Notes: generated by a model not told the origin, from the letters alone. 64,000 bases of DNA from Candidatus Poribacteria bacterium (GCA_965198235.1 OZ240248.1:4416001-4480000), one strand, 5' to 3'; counted from the stretch's first letter, positions 40,323-52,006 are shown. Program-made: numbers and translations.

Positions 40323-41294
40323 ATGGCTAATACTCTACGTTTTGGCGTTATCGGTTTAGGTATGGGCATGAACCGCTCTGGTGTGATCCACAGTACAGAC
40401 GGAGCAGAACTCGTCGCTGTAGCGGATCTTGTCGAAGAGCGGCGCAAAACGGCTGAAGAACGCTTCGGCTGCGAAAGCCACGACGACGCGCTTGAGATGT
40501 TCGATCGCGACGACATCGACGTGGCAATGATAATGACTCCGAGCGGTCTCCACGGAAAATTTGGAGAAGAAGCCGCACGCCGCGGTAAACACGTCATCAC
40601 CACAAAACCGATGGACGTCAGCGTTGAAAATTGCAACTCCCTCATCAAAACTTGCGAAGACAACGATGTCAAACTGCTTGTCGACTTCGGTGAACGATAC
40701 GGCACACATAATCGCCAGATCCAGCATGTACTCGCAACCGGTGGACTCGGTAGACCGCTGCTCTGCGAACTCCGCATGAAGTGGAAACGTCCGGATAGTT
40801 ACTACGTCGGTTGGCACGGCACGTGGAAACTCGACGGTGGCGGCTCTATTATGAACCAAGGCGTGCATTACATCGACCTGATGCTCTGGTTTATGGGTCC
40901 CGTCAAACGTGTTATCGGTGCGCACTTCGATGTCTACGATCACGAAAATTGTGAAACCGAGGACATGACCTCGGCGATCCTCGAATTTGAAAACGGTGCG
41001 CTCGGACACGTACTGACAACGACAACCTTCCCCGGTAGTAGCGTCTCAATGATCCACGTCCACGGCGAAAAAGGCATCGTCGGTCTCGGACCGGACATTT
41101 GGGAGTTCGTCGATGACGATGAACCGAACATCGAACTTCCGGCGTATCCGAACAGCGTGATTGAGGACGCGCTCCAGGTCATCAATGATGGTGCATCACC
41201 GGCAGTTGATGGCTATGAGGGCAGACGTTCTGTCGCACTCAACATGGCCATCTACGAATGTGCCCGTACCGGCAAAACGGTTGAATTATCATAG
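40323..41294 (+). CDS. Gfo/Idh/MocA family oxidoreductase
   Basis: GVIGLG, TPSGLH, TKPM, GGG..MNQGVHYID. Confidence 0.92.
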   Translation: MANTLRFGVIGLGMGMNRSGVIHSTDGAELVAVADLVEERRKTAEERFGCESHDDALEMFDRDDIDVAMIMTPSGLHGKFGEEAARRGKHVITTKPMDVSVENCNSLIKTCEDNDVKLLVDFGERYGTHNRQIQHVLATGGLGRPLLCELRMKWKRPDSYYVGWHGTWKLDGGGSIMNQGVHYIDLMLWFMGPVKRVIGAHFDVYDHENCETEDMTSAILEFENGALGHVLTTTTFPGSSVSMIHVHGEKGIVGLGPDIWEFVDDDEPNIELPAYPNSVIEDALQVINDGASPAVDGYEGRRSVALNMAIYECARTGKTVELS

Positions 41295-41367
41295 ACTTCT
41301 CTCCGAGGCGGGTCTCGGTACCCGCCCATTTTCTTGTCCGGCTTCACTCACCCAAACCACATCTTAT

Positions 41368-41396
41368 TTGCAATTCAGGTAAAAACTTGGTATAAT
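41368..41396 (+). promoter_or_regulatory. sigma70 promoter for mtaB
   Basis: TTGCAA-N17-TATAAT with extended -10 TG. Confidence 0.65.
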
Positions 41397-41532
41397 ATCT
41401 ACCAACAAACCAGAGATTCATCTGATAGATACTTAAAAAATGGACACCCTCGCGAAGCCGTACCGAATGTAACAGGAAACCATTTTTTTGAAACCGTCAA
41501 AAAAATGAGCAGAAAGGCCCATAATTAAAAAT

Positions 41533-42905
41533 ATGAGAACCGCAAAACTGATCACGATGGGCTGTAAGGTCAACCAATACGATACCCAATCCATGCGCGA
41601 GACCCTTCGACGCAACGGATATACTATTGTTGACGAAGAAACATCACAACAGCAGACAGACCTCTATCTCATCAATACATGTACCGTAACAAACACCGCC
41701 GACCAGAAAGCACGGCAAGTTATTCGGAGAGCGATTCGACAGCATCCGACCGCAAAAGTGCTCGTCACAGGCTGCTATGCTGAAAGCGACCGCGAGGCGA
41801 TTGAAGAGATACCCGGCGTGACGTTCGTTTTCGGCAACCGAGAAAAGGCGGATTTTCAGCAGTATCTCGATGTATTGCACACCGAAACATCATCTGGAGC
41901 GAGGTTAGAAACCTCGCCAGCAGAGGTGCCTGACACGCCTAACCCACTCCTCGCTATAGAACCCGTTCAACACGATGCCATCCGTGAACACGCACGTTTT
42001 AGCAAAGGTGTCAGTGATGCCGGCAAACGCACGCGTGCGCTCATCAAGGTGCAAGACGGATGTAGTGCCTTCTGTACCTACTGCATTATCCCGTACGTGC
42101 GCGGTAGAATGACAAGCCGTCCACTCGATGACATCGCCGACGAAGCACATCGCATCGCTGACAGCGGTATCAAAGAGGTGGTCATCACAGGCGTACATCT
42201 CGGTGCTTACGGCGTAGACACCGGCAGAGAAAAAGACATTGCCAACATCTTAGAGCATATCCACGACATCGACGGCATTGAGCGTATCCGCTTCAGCTCG
42301 ATCGAACCGATGTATTTTCCAGATACCCTTGGCGAGCGGATGGCGGCACTTCCAAAATGCATGCCGCACTTTCACCTCCCGCTCCAAGCCGGTTCAGATG
42401 AGGTGTTGCGACAGATGCGTCGGCGTTATACGACAGCAGAATTCGCTCATCTCGTTGAAAACTTACGACGCGTCTTTGGTGATGATGTCGGGATTACCAC
42501 CGATATTATGGTCGGGTTTCCCGGCGAAACGGATGTCCATTTTGAGGCATCATGTCAATTTGTCGAGGACATCGAATTCAGCCAACTGCATGTGTTCCGT
42601 TATTCGCCCCGAAAAGGCACACCTGCGGCGACCTATCCGATCAGGTGTCCCCACACGCCTCTGCAGCACGCAGCCAAACGATGATTGCGCTTGGCGAACG
42701 CTTAAACACAGCATTTCGACAACGGATGCTTGGAAAACAGAAAGCGGTGCTCATCGAAGCGAGCAGAGAAGGGAAAAACAACCACCTCGCAGGCTTTACT
42801 GACAACTATCTTCGTGTCCTTGTGGATGCGCCAGAGAGTGCAATCAATCAGATTCAGAGGGTTACTCTCGGTGCGTTAGAAGGGGACTGCATCGCTGCCG
42901 CCTAA
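41533..42905 (+). CDS. mtaB: tRNA methylthiotransferase MtaB with a single-base frameshift near 42637
   Basis: GCKVNQY, NTCTVT, GCYA, QDGCSAFCTYC, VGFPGET, HVFRYSPRKGT; TRAM-like tail 'DQVSPH...G.TDNYLRV' continues in another frame to 42905. Confidence 0.88.
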
Positions 42906-42907
42906 TC

Positions 42908-45595
42908 CTAAGATTCCTCCGCCTTCGCCTTCAAATCATAGAGAATATTCACCGCATCCAAAGGGGTTACCTGCGTGAGTTCCAACCGTCGGATCTCTTC
43001 GACGAGCGGATGCGTCTTCGGTGTAAAGAGCGCCATCTGTAGGGAATCGCTTTGCAGCGTCTTTCGGGAGACGCGGCGGCGCGGTTTCGGCAGTGTCGGA
43101 TGTGCTTTCGGTGGCTGACCCGTTGCCCCATCCGCTTCAACACTGAGATTGTGCTGTTCAAGCACCTCAAGTATCTGCTGCGCGCGTGTGATTACAACTT
43201 GGGGTAGTCCTGCGAGCCGTGCGACGTGGATACCGTAACTCTGGTCTGCGCCCCCGGGGACAACTTTTCGGAGAAAGGTTACTTTCTGTCCATCTTCATG
43301 AACGGCGACATTGTAGTTCTTGGCGCGTTTATATTTGCTGGCGAGTTCCACCAACTCGTGATAGTGCGTTGCGAAGAGCGTTTTCGCACCCATCCGCTTT
43401 TCATCTAAGAGATACTCCGAAACTGCCCATGCGATGCTGAGTCCATCAAACGTGCTGGTGCCGCGTCCAACTTCATCAAAGATAATAAGGCTGTTGCGGG
43501 TGGCATTGTTGAGGATATTCGCCGTCTCGTTCATCTCAACGAGGAAAGTGCTCTGCCCCATGACGAGGTTGTCCGACGCACCGACCCGTGTGAAAATTCG
43601 GTCTACCAAGCCGATCTTCGCAGCGGAGGCAGGCACAAAACATCCGATCTGTGCCATCAAAACGATGAGTGCCGTCTGACGCAGATAAGTACTCTTGCCA
43701 CTCATGTTCGGTCCCGTGATGATATGCAGTTGCTCATCGTCGCAGTTGAGTAGTGTATCGTTGGGCACAAACCCCTCTTGTGTGAACAATTGCTCGACGA
43801 CTGGATGTCTACCATCTCGGATAACGATTTCGTCCACCGCTGCTACGGTAGGCTTCACATAGTTGTATTTCGATGCGATATACGCGAAATTGGCAAGGAC
43901 ATCAATCATCGCGAGTGCTGCTGCGATCTTTTGAATAACTTCCGTATATTTCGACACATCATCGCGAATCTGACAGAAGAGTTCATACTCCAAGGTCTGT
44001 ATCCGATCCTCGGCGTTCAGGACCTTCGCCTCCTGCTCCTTGAGTTCAGGGGTAATGAACCGTTCGGAGTTCCGAAGCGTCTGTTTACGGATATAATGCT
44101 CAGGCACCATGTGCAGATTCGGCTTCGTCACGTCAATATAGTAACCGAAGACTTGGTTGAATCCGATTTTCAAGGATTGGATACCGCTGCGTTTGCGCTC
44201 CTCTTCCTGCATAGCGGCTATCCAGTCCTTTCCCTGCCCTACAATCTGCCGAAGTTCATCGAGTTCCTCACTATAACCGTCATTTACGATGCCGCCTTCA
44301 CGGATTGTCGCGGGTGGATTCGGATGGATGCCGTGTTCAATCAACGCAATTAAGTCTGGAAGTGGATCCAAAGTGTCATTGAGGGATACCAACAAGGCAC
44401 TACTGCAGTTTTGGAGCTGCGCTTTAACATCGGGAATCAGACGAAGGGAATCCTTGAGCGCATGCAGGTCGCGTCCGTTCACAGAACCGAGACTGATACG
44501 GGAAATGAGTCGCTCGACATCGTACATCTGTCCGAGTGCATCCCGCAACTCCTCCTGCAAGTTAATCTGGGTTTTGAGCTCATCGACCGCGCTGAGGCGT
44601 TCCTCAATCTCTTTTTCATCAAGCAGAGGCTGTAAGAGGCACTGACGCATCCTTCTGCCCCCCATCGCCGTCACCGTCTCATCAAGGACTTCAAGGAGTG
44701 TGCCTTTCGTGGAACCGTCACGAATGGCGGCTGTCAGTTCAAGGTTGCGCTGCGTATCGGCATCCAGCACCATGAAATCCGAGAGCGTATAGGTGTGAAG
44801 CGAAACGATATGTTCGACTTCCTGTTTCTGCGTTTCGTTTAGGTAATAGATGAGCGCGCCCGCGGCAGAGATAGCAGTCGGAAGGTGTTCGCACCCGAAT
44901 CCGTCCAGCGAAATCGTTTGGAAATGTTGGAGGAGCTCCGTCCGCGCTGTATCCAATTCAAATCGCCAGTCGGGTAGGTCATTGAGCGTCACTTTGAGTT
45001 CCGTTTTGAGACGATCAAACATCTCTTCATCCTCGAAAGTGTCGGCAAAGAGGCACTCTTTCGGGGAAAAACGGTGGATATCCGCCCAGAGACGTGAAGG
45101 ATCTGTGAGTTCGGTTACCAGAAATTCGCCTGTGGAGAGATCGGCAACAGCGACACCGTAAGTGTCTTTGTTGAGATAAATCGAGATGATGTAGTTGTTC
45201 ACCTTATGCTCCAGCACCTTTGGATCGGTCACCGTGCCGGGTGTAACGATCCGGACGACATCGCGTTTGACGAGTCGATTTTCATCTCGTGCGAGTTTTG
45301 CGTCCTCGGTCTGCTCCAAAATGGCGACTTTATGTCCGGCTTTGACGAGTTTGTAGAGATAGGAGTCGAGTGCGTGGTGAGGGATACCTGCCATCGGTGG
45401 CGGCGGGTTTTTCTGGTTTTTATGACTTCTCGCTGTCAAGGCGATCTCAAGCAGGCGGGCAATGAGTTCGGCATCTTCAAAGAAGGCTTCATAGAAATCG
45501 CCGACTCGACACAGCAGTATGGCATCTCCGTGCTGTTTTTTTACGTGTTTATAAAGCTCCATTAATGACAGATCCGACTGTTTTGAACGTGCCAT
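42908..45595 (-). CDS. mutS: DNA mismatch repair protein MutS
   Basis: GDFYE, TPGT, GRHPVVE, TGPNMSGKST, DEVGRGTS, ATHYHEL, SYGIHVA. Confidence 0.98.
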   Translation of the reverse strand: MARSKQSDLSLMELYKHVKKQHGDAILLCRVGDFYEAFFEDAELIARLLEIALTARSHKNQKNPPPPMAGIPHHALDSYLYKLVKAGHKVAILEQTEDAKLARDENRLVKRDVVRIVTPGTVTDPKVLEHKVNNYIISIYLNKDTYGVAVADLSTGEFLVTELTDPSRLWADIHRFSPKECLFADTFEDEEMFDRLKTELKVTLNDLPDWRFELDTARTELLQHFQTISLDGFGCEHLPTAISAAGALIYYLNETQKQEVEHIVSLHTYTLSDFMVLDADTQRNLELTAAIRDGSTKGTLLEVLDETVTAMGGRRMRQCLLQPLLDEKEIEERLSAVDELKTQINLQEELRDALGQMYDVERLISRISLGSVNGRDLHALKDSLRLIPDVKAQLQNCSSALLVSLNDTLDPLPDLIALIEHGIHPNPPATIREGGIVNDGYSEELDELRQIVGQGKDWIAAMQEEERKRSGIQSLKIGFNQVFGYYIDVTKPNLHMVPEHYIRKQTLRNSERFITPELKEQEAKVLNAEDRIQTLEYELFCQIRDDVSKYTEVIQKIAAALAMIDVLANFAYIASKYNYVKPTVAAVDEIVIRDGRHPVVEQLFTQEGFVPNDTLLNCDDEQLHIITGPNMSGKSTYLRQTALIVLMAQIGCFVPASAAKIGLVDRIFTRVGASDNLVMGQSTFLVEMNETANILNNATRNSLIIFDEVGRGTSTFDGLSIAWAVSEYLLDEKRMGAKTLFATHYHELVELASKYKRAKNYNVAVHEDGQKVTFLRKVVPGGADQSYGIHVARLAGLPQVVITRAQQILEVLEQHNLSVEADGATGQPPKAHPTLPKPRRRVSRKTLQSDSLQMALFTPKTHPLVEEIRRLELTQVTPLDAVNILYDLKAKAEES

Positions 45596-45955
45596 AGAGT
45601 TTCCTTGGTTGTAATTTGCGTGGCTGTTTTTTGGACGAAGGGTCAATTTTAAGTACCGTAGCACATTCTGAACCTTATGTCAAGCCTTTTTCGGAGAGTC
45701 CTACTGTAGGAGCGACCTCCTGGTCGCGAGGCATTAACTCTGAAAAGCAACGACGCGCATTTCACAGTTTTCATAGCAAAACCCGAAAAGTGATGGATTT
45801 CAGAAAGGGCTGTAAGTCTACGCCACGACTGGGTTGAGGACAGTTTTATAGAAGTTTGCTATGAAGTTTGCTATGAAAATTTCATAGCAGGGAGAGAAGT
45901 CGGGATTCGGAAGTCTCTTCTATGGAGATTTTCGCTACACGGTAGGTGCGGTTTC

Positions 45956-46120
45956 ATGAAGATTCAGAATTTAATTCAGTAATGTATGGGAAACCGGCAC
46001 AAGACCTGGGGGCAGGCACAAGACCTGGGGGCAGGCACAAGACCTGGGAAACACCCAAGCAAAAACCCCCTACAGTGATTTTTTCGGATAGAATTACCGA
46101 AATATTTATTTAAACTTCAT
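45956..46120. mobile_element. MITE-like shell inserted in a REP; carries three 19-bp tandem repeats; second copy at 58690-58835
   Basis: ATGAAGATTCAGAATTTAATTCAGTAAT ... ATTACCGAAATATTTATTTAAACTTCAT; splits GGTAGGTGCGGTTTC|CCAACCGCAC. Confidence 0.7.
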
Positions 46121-46153
46121 CCAACCGCACTGGTATCAATGGAATTGTAGATA

Positions 46154-48412
46154 TTAACCTTCAGAAGCAACCCGTTTATTCAATTCTTGTCCCAGCAGTT
46201 GTGGGTCCCTACAGACGAGAAAATCCCATTTCTTCAGTTTACCCCAGTTATTAACTGCGGAGATCCATCGTCTGGCAGCAGCGTGTTTGGCGTGAACTTG
46301 ATCGGGCTCAAAACCTTTGATTTCCAAAACGAGATTGACTCCATTTTTGAGTCTGACGATAAAATCAGGTTCGTAGAGGTGAGATATGCCATCGTGTTCA
46401 TAGGGAATTCCGAGACCGAGATGATCATTGCGCACATAACACTCTACAACCTCTGATTGCTCAAGTCGAAATTTGGCTGCACGTTCCCATGTGTCCGTAT
46501 CCAGCACGACCTGATTCACATGACTCCACTGCGTTTCCACACACGAACGGGGCGTGAGAAAGTCAACATCAGCAGATGTACCGATCGGCGCATAGCGGTT
46601 CAGGATGGGGAGGAGCGGAATTTCACCCTTTGTCTCATCGGGTTGAATCGCCGTCATGAGTCGTTCCACAATACGCGTGACGTATTTTTCTTGTCCGAGT
46701 TCACACGGATTACACCCGCGGAAATTCACCTTTGTTTTCACGTAGGCATCAACGAACCTGAAAACCTGTGGAAAGAGACGATGCCGAGAAAGCAACCGGA
46801 GTTTGGGATTGCTGTCTGGGTCTGGAGCAGTTTGGCTATCGCCGACCAATTTGTGGACGATCCGATGCGCAATCTCAAACTGAATGGCTTGCAGATGTGT
46901 CGTCCGATAAAATTCCTCACGATCCTGTAGGACTGCGCCGCCGGGCCCTGATGCGGAAGGGATGCCGGTTTCGTATCCGACAGCGGCTTTAACATAGAGC
47001 GCGGTCGGGTTAATTTCGGGTTGAATGCTGAGCGGTTCCGTTGATGCAATATCCGCTTTGATTTCGTTTTTCTGAAGGGCAAAGGCGTACCCTTCAACAA
47101 CCGGAAATCGAATCTCAAAATGTTCACGATCAGGGAGGGCACGGACGTGGTTTTTCGGCTTGTCATCGGGGGCGCGGGCACCTGTGGCTCTGCCCCTAAA
47201 GGGTATAACGGAGAAGGGGATGCCGTAGACATCGACGTATTCCTCGGTAAGCAGCCCGGTTTCTGGGTCGGGTGTGTAATTCATGCGGCGTAACCCGCGC
47301 CCGACGACCTGTTCACAGAGCAACTGGCTGCTAAAGGCGCGCAGCCCTAAAATATGTGTGACGTTGCTGGCATCCCAACCTTCGTTGAGCATCGCGACAG
47401 AGACAACGCATCGGATCTGTTCACCCGGCTGTCCTCGCTTGCCGATTGTAGCGACGATTTGTCGTAAATCTTCGGCGGCTTGGCTTCGGTTTTTTGTGGG
47501 ATCTTCGCTCTCCGCTTCTGCCAGCATTTTGCTATCAATGCGCAGTGTTCGTGTAACCCCTTCACTGTTTGCGAGCAGCTCAGGAAAGATCGCGCCCTGT
47601 TCATAGACTATTTTCGTCTGCTTTTTCTTTCGGCGTCCACTGGTGCTGCCATCATCAACGACTTCGGTCTCGCTTTCCCCAGAAATTTTTCGATAAAAAT
47701 ACTCCGCAATATTGGTATCAGCACAGACGATAATCAGGACGGGTGGTGTTTTTTCTTGAGCATCTGATGCTTCTTGAATGTATTCAAAACGTTCTTTCCA
47801 CTGGCTGGCAAGCGTGATGAGTGCCGCTTCCGCCTCGCGATAGATGGCTTCCGGTTTAGGTGTTCTCCGCCGCCTACCCGGGGACGTGTCTGCAGCCGAG
47901 AGATCGTCACTGATCGTCTTCCACAATCGGAAGAACTTCGGCTCGGGTCTGCCGGTGGTATCACTGACGGGCAATCTGGGAATCTTGGTGATGCCGCTCT
48001 CAATGGCGTCCACCAAACCGAAATCACTGACGAGCCAAGGGAAAGGTGAACCTTCCGGGTGCCCGCTGCCTTGAATATAGAACGGTGTGGCAGAGAGATC
48101 TACGCAAAACTTCACACCACACGCTTGGTTGAATGCGTCTAAGCCATTCACCCAGACGGTGGCTTCTTGGCGCTCCTTTTTTTCCTCAGCAGAGAGTTTA
48201 TCTTCAGTATCCGCGGGACGATAGGCGTGATGCCCCTCATCATTAAGGACCATAAGTGGCGCACGGTCATAGAGTTCGCCTAAGACGCGCTTGGCAAAAG
48301 CGTCCGGTGTTTCGTCACCTTTATCGACAACAGTGTAAGTTTGACCGCCTTCGCTATGCGGGGATTCCGGTGCGAATTGATGCCAATTCGTGACCAATAC
48401 CTTCCCGCTTTT
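46154..48412 (-). pseudogene. res: Type III restriction enzyme Res subunit, C-terminal fragment without start or Walker A
   Basis: GKVLVTNW, DEGHH, SATP, MLNEGWD, QVVGRGLRR, PDF...LEIKG. Confidence 0.85.
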
Positions 48413-48570
48413 GAATCTTTTGAATGGGACTGGATAAAGAATACACCTCTGATATTATCAGCAGTATCATTATCTTTGAGCGTGCTCAGGACGCGTTGAG
48501 TTTTATTGGCACTCCCCGCTCCATGATGCGGTCCATCATCGAAGGTTAGGATGATATCTACATTTGCCAT
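48413..48570 (-). pseudogene. N-terminal fragment of a polysaccharide deacetylase (NodB) cut off at the res junction
   Basis: ILTFDDGP ... VLSTLK ... GVFFI, then runs out of frame into res. Confidence 0.7.
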
Positions 48571-48632
48571 GATTTAAATTATCCTTTTATGGTAAAATAA
48601 GCTCCAAAACCTAATGTCTGGAGATTGGTTAA

Positions 48633-49145
48633 ATGTTTAGGAAGAAACTCTCCCTACTCTGCTGTTTATTCAGCATACTTGTTATGTTCCAAGGTTGCAC
48701 TTCAAAATCTAATGACACCCGGCTCCGCGAAACATTTACCGAATATGAATCTCAATACGAAAACGGATACATACCGCCCCGTCCGTACGAATCCATAGCA
48801 CTCATGGATGCGAACCTATCCGTAAAGGATTTAGAACGCTTGCTCGATCTCATAGAAGCCCGTATCAATGCCCAAACTCTCAAAGACTCTCTCGCCATAG
48901 AAGCGAAAATAGATAAACAATTAAGTCGCCTCTTTAATGCGATTTGTCCTATAGAAGGTAAACTAAAGTATGGCAGCGGCAGATCCTTTGATGGATACTA
49001 TGTTCCAAGAATTAACCGTCGCGTGAGAGATATTCTCCATGAATTTTCTCGGATACGGACACACGAAGCACTATCAACCGCAAGACAAGTCGTTTTCGAT
49101 ACCGAAGTCCAAATCCAAAGACAACTGAACCTCATTGATTGGTAG
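48633..49145 (+). CDS. Hypothetical lipoprotein
   Basis: MFRKK plus hydrophobic stretch plus FQG|C lipobox-like site; RBS GGAG. Confidence 0.6.
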   Translation: MFRKKLSLLCCLFSILVMFQGCTSKSNDTRLRETFTEYESQYENGYIPPRPYESIALMDANLSVKDLERLLDLIEARINAQTLKDSLAIEAKIDKQLSRLFNAICPIEGKLKYGSGRSFDGYYVPRINRRVRDILHEFSRIRTHEALSTARQVVFDTEVQIQRQLNLIDW

Positions 49146-49258
49146 AGCTGTTACGCTCCTTCCCTACAGCGACAGCACGCATCAAAATAAACGATCATGT
49201 CGTACCTGAAATGGTGTGGTTTCCGAACCTCGCCCATCCGATTTTTGTGTCAGACACC

Positions 49259-49471
49259 TTAAGACTTCTCATAAGCCTCAATCACTTTCTCCGCTGCCAT
49301 GAGTTCAGAATTCGCATCTTCAAGAAGCGTCTTCAAATCCGCGTTTTCACTTTCTAAGACCTGAATGCGCTTCGCATTCCCGCTAAAGATCTCTTTGATT
49401 CGGGCACTCAGCGAAAGCTTCTTTTCTCTCCGAGGTCGCTGGACTTTTGCGTCGGTTTCCATGGTATCCAC
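49259..49471 (-). CDS. Small coiled-coil hypothetical protein
   Basis: Strong RBS AAGGAGGT; heptad pattern. Confidence 0.6.
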   Translation of the reverse strand: MDTMETDAKVQRPRREKKLSLSARIKEIFSGNAKRIQVLESENADLKTLLEDANSELMAAEKVIEAYEKS

Positions 49472-49528
49472 CTCCTTTATTGACTTCGTTCGTAATTTGA
49501 TATACTACAATTGTCACTAACTACAACA

Positions 49529-49896
49529 CTACTCCGTCTCTATCCCCACATATTGAGTGAGATTGTAAATATGATACAAAACTTGCATACGCGCTTGAAG
49601 GTACGCCGCACGTTCCTTGTGATACGGAAGACTCCCTGCATCTAAAGTATCCAGATACTCGTCAATATAGCGCAGCATGCGTTTGGATTCATCAAGGTGT
49701 GCTTCAGAAGAAGTCCACTGAAAATCATCGAGATGCCACACAAAATCAGGATCCACTTCAGCGGTTTCCGGTGATACCGCCGCTGGGGGTTGGATCGGAA
49801 TTGCTGCCGCCTCCTCATCATTGCTTTTATAGATACCATACAGGATAAAACACAACCAAAGCAGAACAACAACGCCTAACACAATATTAACCCTTT
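49529..49896 (-). pseudogene. Membrane-anchored hypothetical protein, 5' end replaced by res sequence
   Basis: TM VLGVVVLLWLCFILYGIY begins right at the junction; the annotated ATG lies in res DNA. Confidence 0.5.
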
Positions 49897-50168
49897 CGGT
49901 AATTCGTCTCGCGCCAGCGTTCGACATCTGCGCGGAGGGCGTTGACTAACGGGAGATCATCCCATTCCTCTTCTCGGAACATTTGGAGTTGTGCGCTGCC
50001 AGTGCGTTGGGTTTTATACCAATAGCCTGCGTCGCGCCGTCCGGATTGCTTGACGGCTTCGCCGGTGAGGGTATCGTAGATCCAATGTGCGTTCGGTTTT
50101 TCGTAGGGACAGCACAAGATGGGTTGTTCTACGGGTTGGATTGGGATGTCGGGACGGTCTTGGTTCAT
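49887..50168 (-). pseudogene. res: Type III Res subunit, N-terminal fragment
   Basis: PILCCPYEKP..HW, GRR.A.Y, LVNALRADVERWR..NY, typical of type III Res N-termini; premature stop at the junction. Confidence 0.8.
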
Positions 50169-50210
50169 GAAGGTTCCTCATTTTCTGTGTATATTCTATG
50201 ATGTTTATTC

Positions 50211-51202
50211 CTATTTGTGATAATAAGGAAAGTCCCAATTCCACTCATCCCAATCCTTATTATACAGATCAGATGTCTCGAGCCGCTTGCGAACTGCTAC
50301 ACTGTATACCGAATCATCCCACCAACGCATATAACCGTCGCCACCACCTGGCATCTTTAGATCCAAATAATAGTCAGCTAGACCACGCAACGCCGGATCC
50401 TCCCATGCAAGTAATTTCGACAAATTGGAGATAAGGGAACCAATTGGAGTAAAATGCTCAATTTGTTCATTAGGGAAGGGGCAATGCTTAATGTGCGAGG
50501 TCAGTGCTACATTTAACTTACGCGCTTTGCCTTCATTAGCAGCATGCGTACATCATTGGATAGCGCGTGTGCTACTCTAATCCCTTGTGCCACTTTAAAT
50601 AACGTCCATGTGGTAAGATCAGCAACACAAAGCAAATCGAGGCCTAGGCGCGGATGCGACACGTGCAATTTATCAGACTCATGTAACTTTTGCTCAATAT
50701 TATTCTCCGGAGTTGAGTTATTACTTTTCCACGAATGCGAATGTGCTAACAACCCATAGACAATAGGGGCGTGCAATTCTTTGTAAGGGGTTCCTTCCCG
50801 GGCAGGATACAAGTTTTTGATTTTTACACAAGTCTTAACGGCTTTCTCAATATGCTCTGCCTTCAATGTGGTTTTACATTCAAACGCTGCGGCGACACCA
50901 GCTGCTAAAAAGATCTTTTCACCTTCGTCAATTAACTGCTTCGGATATATGCTCTTTAGAACTAACACATCAACCTGTGGACTTGTGTGACCGTCTTGAC
51001 CGATGATTCTTCCTTTTGTAACGACTTCATAGGTGCGTGGAAGCCATCCACTCAATAGATCACGCCAATTCTCTTCTCCTTGATCTCCAGCAGTACCCGG
51101 ATCTTCAGATGCTCGTTTTTGAATGTGCTTGTAATTTGCGGCCATCTTGTCCTGCAGCTGCTTCATGAAGTCATGTAAGTCGTGGGTTTTGTCTTCAGGC
51201 AT
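50211..51202 (-). pseudogene. DUF6602-like (PD-(D/E)XK) protein split by a frameshift at about 50513-50552
   Basis: DPGTAGDQGEENW, SPQVDV, AAFECKTTL; overlapping frame continues HFTPIGSLIS.LS..LAWEDP.LR.LADYY to 50211. Confidence 0.7.
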
Positions 51203-51502
51203 TATGTTTCTCCTATGTTATTTGTAACCCAAGTTGCCACCTATTTATTTTCACTGCGAAGCAATAGCACTCCGCTGGAGTGCGGTCGCTTAAATATGCC
51301 GTTTTCTATAGATATAGCACCCCGCTGGGGTGGGGGAGTGCTTGAAAAACCTTCTTTGGACGTTCAAAATTTGTGAGTAGCAACTTGGGTTATATTATCT
51401 ATTTGAAGTGCTGTTGTTTTCGACAACTTTTGCATTACGAGTGTATAAAGGCTTATTCCTGCTTTTTTGGCTTCATCTGTCAGGGCGCGATAAAGTTGTG
51501 CG

Positions 51503-52006
51503 TCAATCGGTTTCCGCCGCCTCTTGCAATACGTCATTCACAAGTGATGCTCCCAGGCGTACTCCGTTCTCTAGCAGTACGTCTAAAAGCGGCTTGATGG
51601 CATCGATCAAGCCGCTTCTCTTTGCTTCCAGCAAAATGCCAACTGTCCCTGTAACTGGTAATCCGATTCGTTTGGCATACCGTCGCGCATCTTTATCGTC
51701 AAGAATAACGAGCCGCGTGCCACGTTCTTTTGCAAGCGCGAAAACTGCGGCTTCTCCGCGATGTATACCCAGCTGAGCCAATTCGTCCAAGGGAGTTATC
51801 AATGTAACAGTCGTAATCCAGGGCACATCTTTGAGTGCCTGCTGACGAGCCATCCGCTCGGTGGCGAGAAACTCATTTTTGACATCTTCTGGAATCAATA
51901 CTTCCTTATAGAGGTCCCGCAGTAGGGAGAGCAGATCGAGTGTCCAGAGTGCAACAAGCGGACTATTATTGCTGATAACTGCTAGCTTCTCTAGCACTCT
52001 CAGCAT
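51503..52006 (-). CDS. DUF3368 PIN-like toxin
   Basis: VISNNSPL, IPEDVKNE, GEAAV.ALA, ILDDKDARR.A, GTVGIL..AK..GLI. Confidence 0.85.
   Translation of the reverse strand: MLRVLEKLAVISNNSPLVALWTLDLLSLLRDLYKEVLIPEDVKNEFLATERMARQQALKDVPWITTVTLITPLDELAQLGIHRGEAAVFALAKERGTRLVILDDKDARRYAKRIGLPVTGTVGILLEAKRSGLIDAIKPLLDVLLENGVRLGASLVNDVLQEAAETD

Noticed and set aside
39983-41009. 264-aa and 217-aa minus-strand ORFs
   Set aside because: Antisense to the Gfo/Idh/MocA gene with no motifs
46154-48397. Intact 747-aa Res protein starting at TTG 48397
   Set aside because: No RBS, homology continues upstream of the TTG, Walker A is missing and the true N-terminus lies at 49887-50168
48413-49896. Intron, intein or invertible segment within res
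   Set aside because: No splice motifs, no inverted repeats, res coding sequence is missing, and the insert holds unrelated genes on both strands
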